From contig JABLTG010000105.1 of assembly GCA_016618085.1 (NCBI GenBank), positions 49,082 through 69,081 of the forward strand: a stretch of 20,000 nucleotides of DNA, in the 5' to 3' direction. The stretch comes from Neovahlkampfia damariscottae. Its lineage: Eukaryota. The notes under the pieces are model-generated. The model had not been told where the DNA came from. It ran no database searches and saw only the letters and a program-made list of their open reading frames with translations. A program made the translations under genes and the position numbers. This document shows positions 18,859-20,000 of this stretch, piece by piece. Numbering within the stretch: the stretch's first letter is position 1; each line of letters opens with the position of its first letter.

Positions 18859-20000
18859 ATGTCCAAACAGCTCAAATTGGATTCATTTTGGAAAGAAAAA
18901 TGTTACTTCAACATCAACAACAGAAGTGATAAAAAAGAGAAAACTTGAAGAAACAAAAGAAACAAGAAATATGAAATCAACATATAAACAAGGAAAATAT
19001 TCGTATCCTTTTTGGTGGACTAAAGAAAAAGAAGACATGCTACAAGTGAAAAGTATACCTCCAAGTTCTTCTTCAGTTGACAAGAATATTTGTTGGACAA
19101 AAAAGTTGGTAGAACAATCTTCATTAACAGAAGGTATTTTATTTTCATCAAAAGATGTTCCAAAAGAAAACAAACAAGTTTCACATAAAACTGGTTTATC
19201 AAAAAAACAACTTGATACAGATGAAATTATTCGATCAAGAAAAATTCTTTTAAAACCAACAAGTGAACAAAAGAAAAAAATACAAGAATGGATGAGAATT
19301 ACTCGATTCGTTTACAATTTAACTCATCATTTTGTTGAAGATCTTGGATAGGATGCAAATTTTATGATATTGAAAAAGAAAATTTTAAATGCAGATGAGA
19401 ATCCAGAATCTTCAAAATACCCTTGGTTGTTCAATAGAAAATTGAAAAAAATACCACGAGATGCTTTAGATTATGCTATTCAGCAATATGTCTGTAATGT
19501 TCACAGTTCAACAGAAATGCTGAAAGAAAAACAAAAGAAAACAAACAAAAAAATCAAATTAGAAGCAAACATGAAAAAAAGAACTGAAAAAATGTCTCAA
19601 AGTGTTGGAATACCAGTCAATGGTGGTAAACCAAGTATTAAATGGAATGAAGAAGGATTTTTCTTTTGGCCATCTTATAAACTTGGAGCATTAAAAACTT
19701 CTCAAAAAAGAGAAATTAAAAGATTATCTAATGTAGTTGGTAAAGAATCAAGTGATAGAACTTGTATTTTAAAATATCAACATGGAAGATATTATATGAT
19801 TATTCCATTTGTTGCAAAAATTAAGAAAAAGATAAAAAAGAGAAAAAAATTATTGCACTTGATCCTGGAGTGAGAACATTTCAAACAGGATTTGATAACT
19901 TTGGAAAATTTACGGAATATGGAAAAGGTGATGTTTCAAAATTATTTAAAAATGCGTTGAAATGTGATAAAATTCAATCTGAGATTGATAAAAATAAGTC
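18859..20000 (+). pseudogene. Fanzor2 / IS607-type TnpB RNA-guided endonuclease, disrupted, truncated by window end
   Basis: IRSRKILLKPTSEQKKKIQEWMRITRFVYN (TnpB N-terminal strand/helix), YPWL...IPRDALDYAI, ILKYQHGRYYMIIP and, after a frameshift, RuvC-I IIALDPGVRTFQTGFD (Asp at 19861-19863). In-frame TAG at 19349-19351; frameshifts at ~18886-18889 and ~19825-19850. Confidence 0.88.

Noticed and set aside
19349..19351. Alternative genetic code (TAG reassigned)
   Set aside because: The conserved genes reconstruct without internal TAG/TAA codons, and TAG terminates the LIM gene.

Overview
AT-rich, very compact eukaryotic (protist) nuclear DNA in the standard genetic code, with short (~28-42 nt) GT-AG introns and intergenic gaps often only ~45-120 nt. 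The RGS-fusion gene and Fanzor2 suggest a heterolobosean/Discoba-type amoeba (inference only). After manual splicing the window holds, in order: the 3' end of an unknown gene, a CARS2-like cysteinyl-tRNA synthetase, a small hypothetical protein, a dysbindin-like/LIM fusion, SERINC, mitochondrial uL3, a tandem-CH protein, a phospholipase B-like GDSL lipase, HMCES/SRAP, an alpha/beta pseudo-hydrolase, tRNA-Lys, an acidic hypothetical protein, an RGS + permuted-papain-like fusion, farnesyltransferase beta, tRNA-Ile, tRNA-Gln and a PHO80-like cyclin. A disrupted Fanzor2/TnpB RNA-guided nuclease gene runs off the right edge. The two most interesting items are (i) an unassigned ~240-nt highly structured RNA gene candidate at 12826-13066, with an snRNA-type upstream element and a T8 terminator, and (ii) the Fanzor, whose reconstructed N-terminus carries a PCNA-binding (PIP-box)-like motif plus an NLS. 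All homology calls are from recalled motifs; no searches were run.
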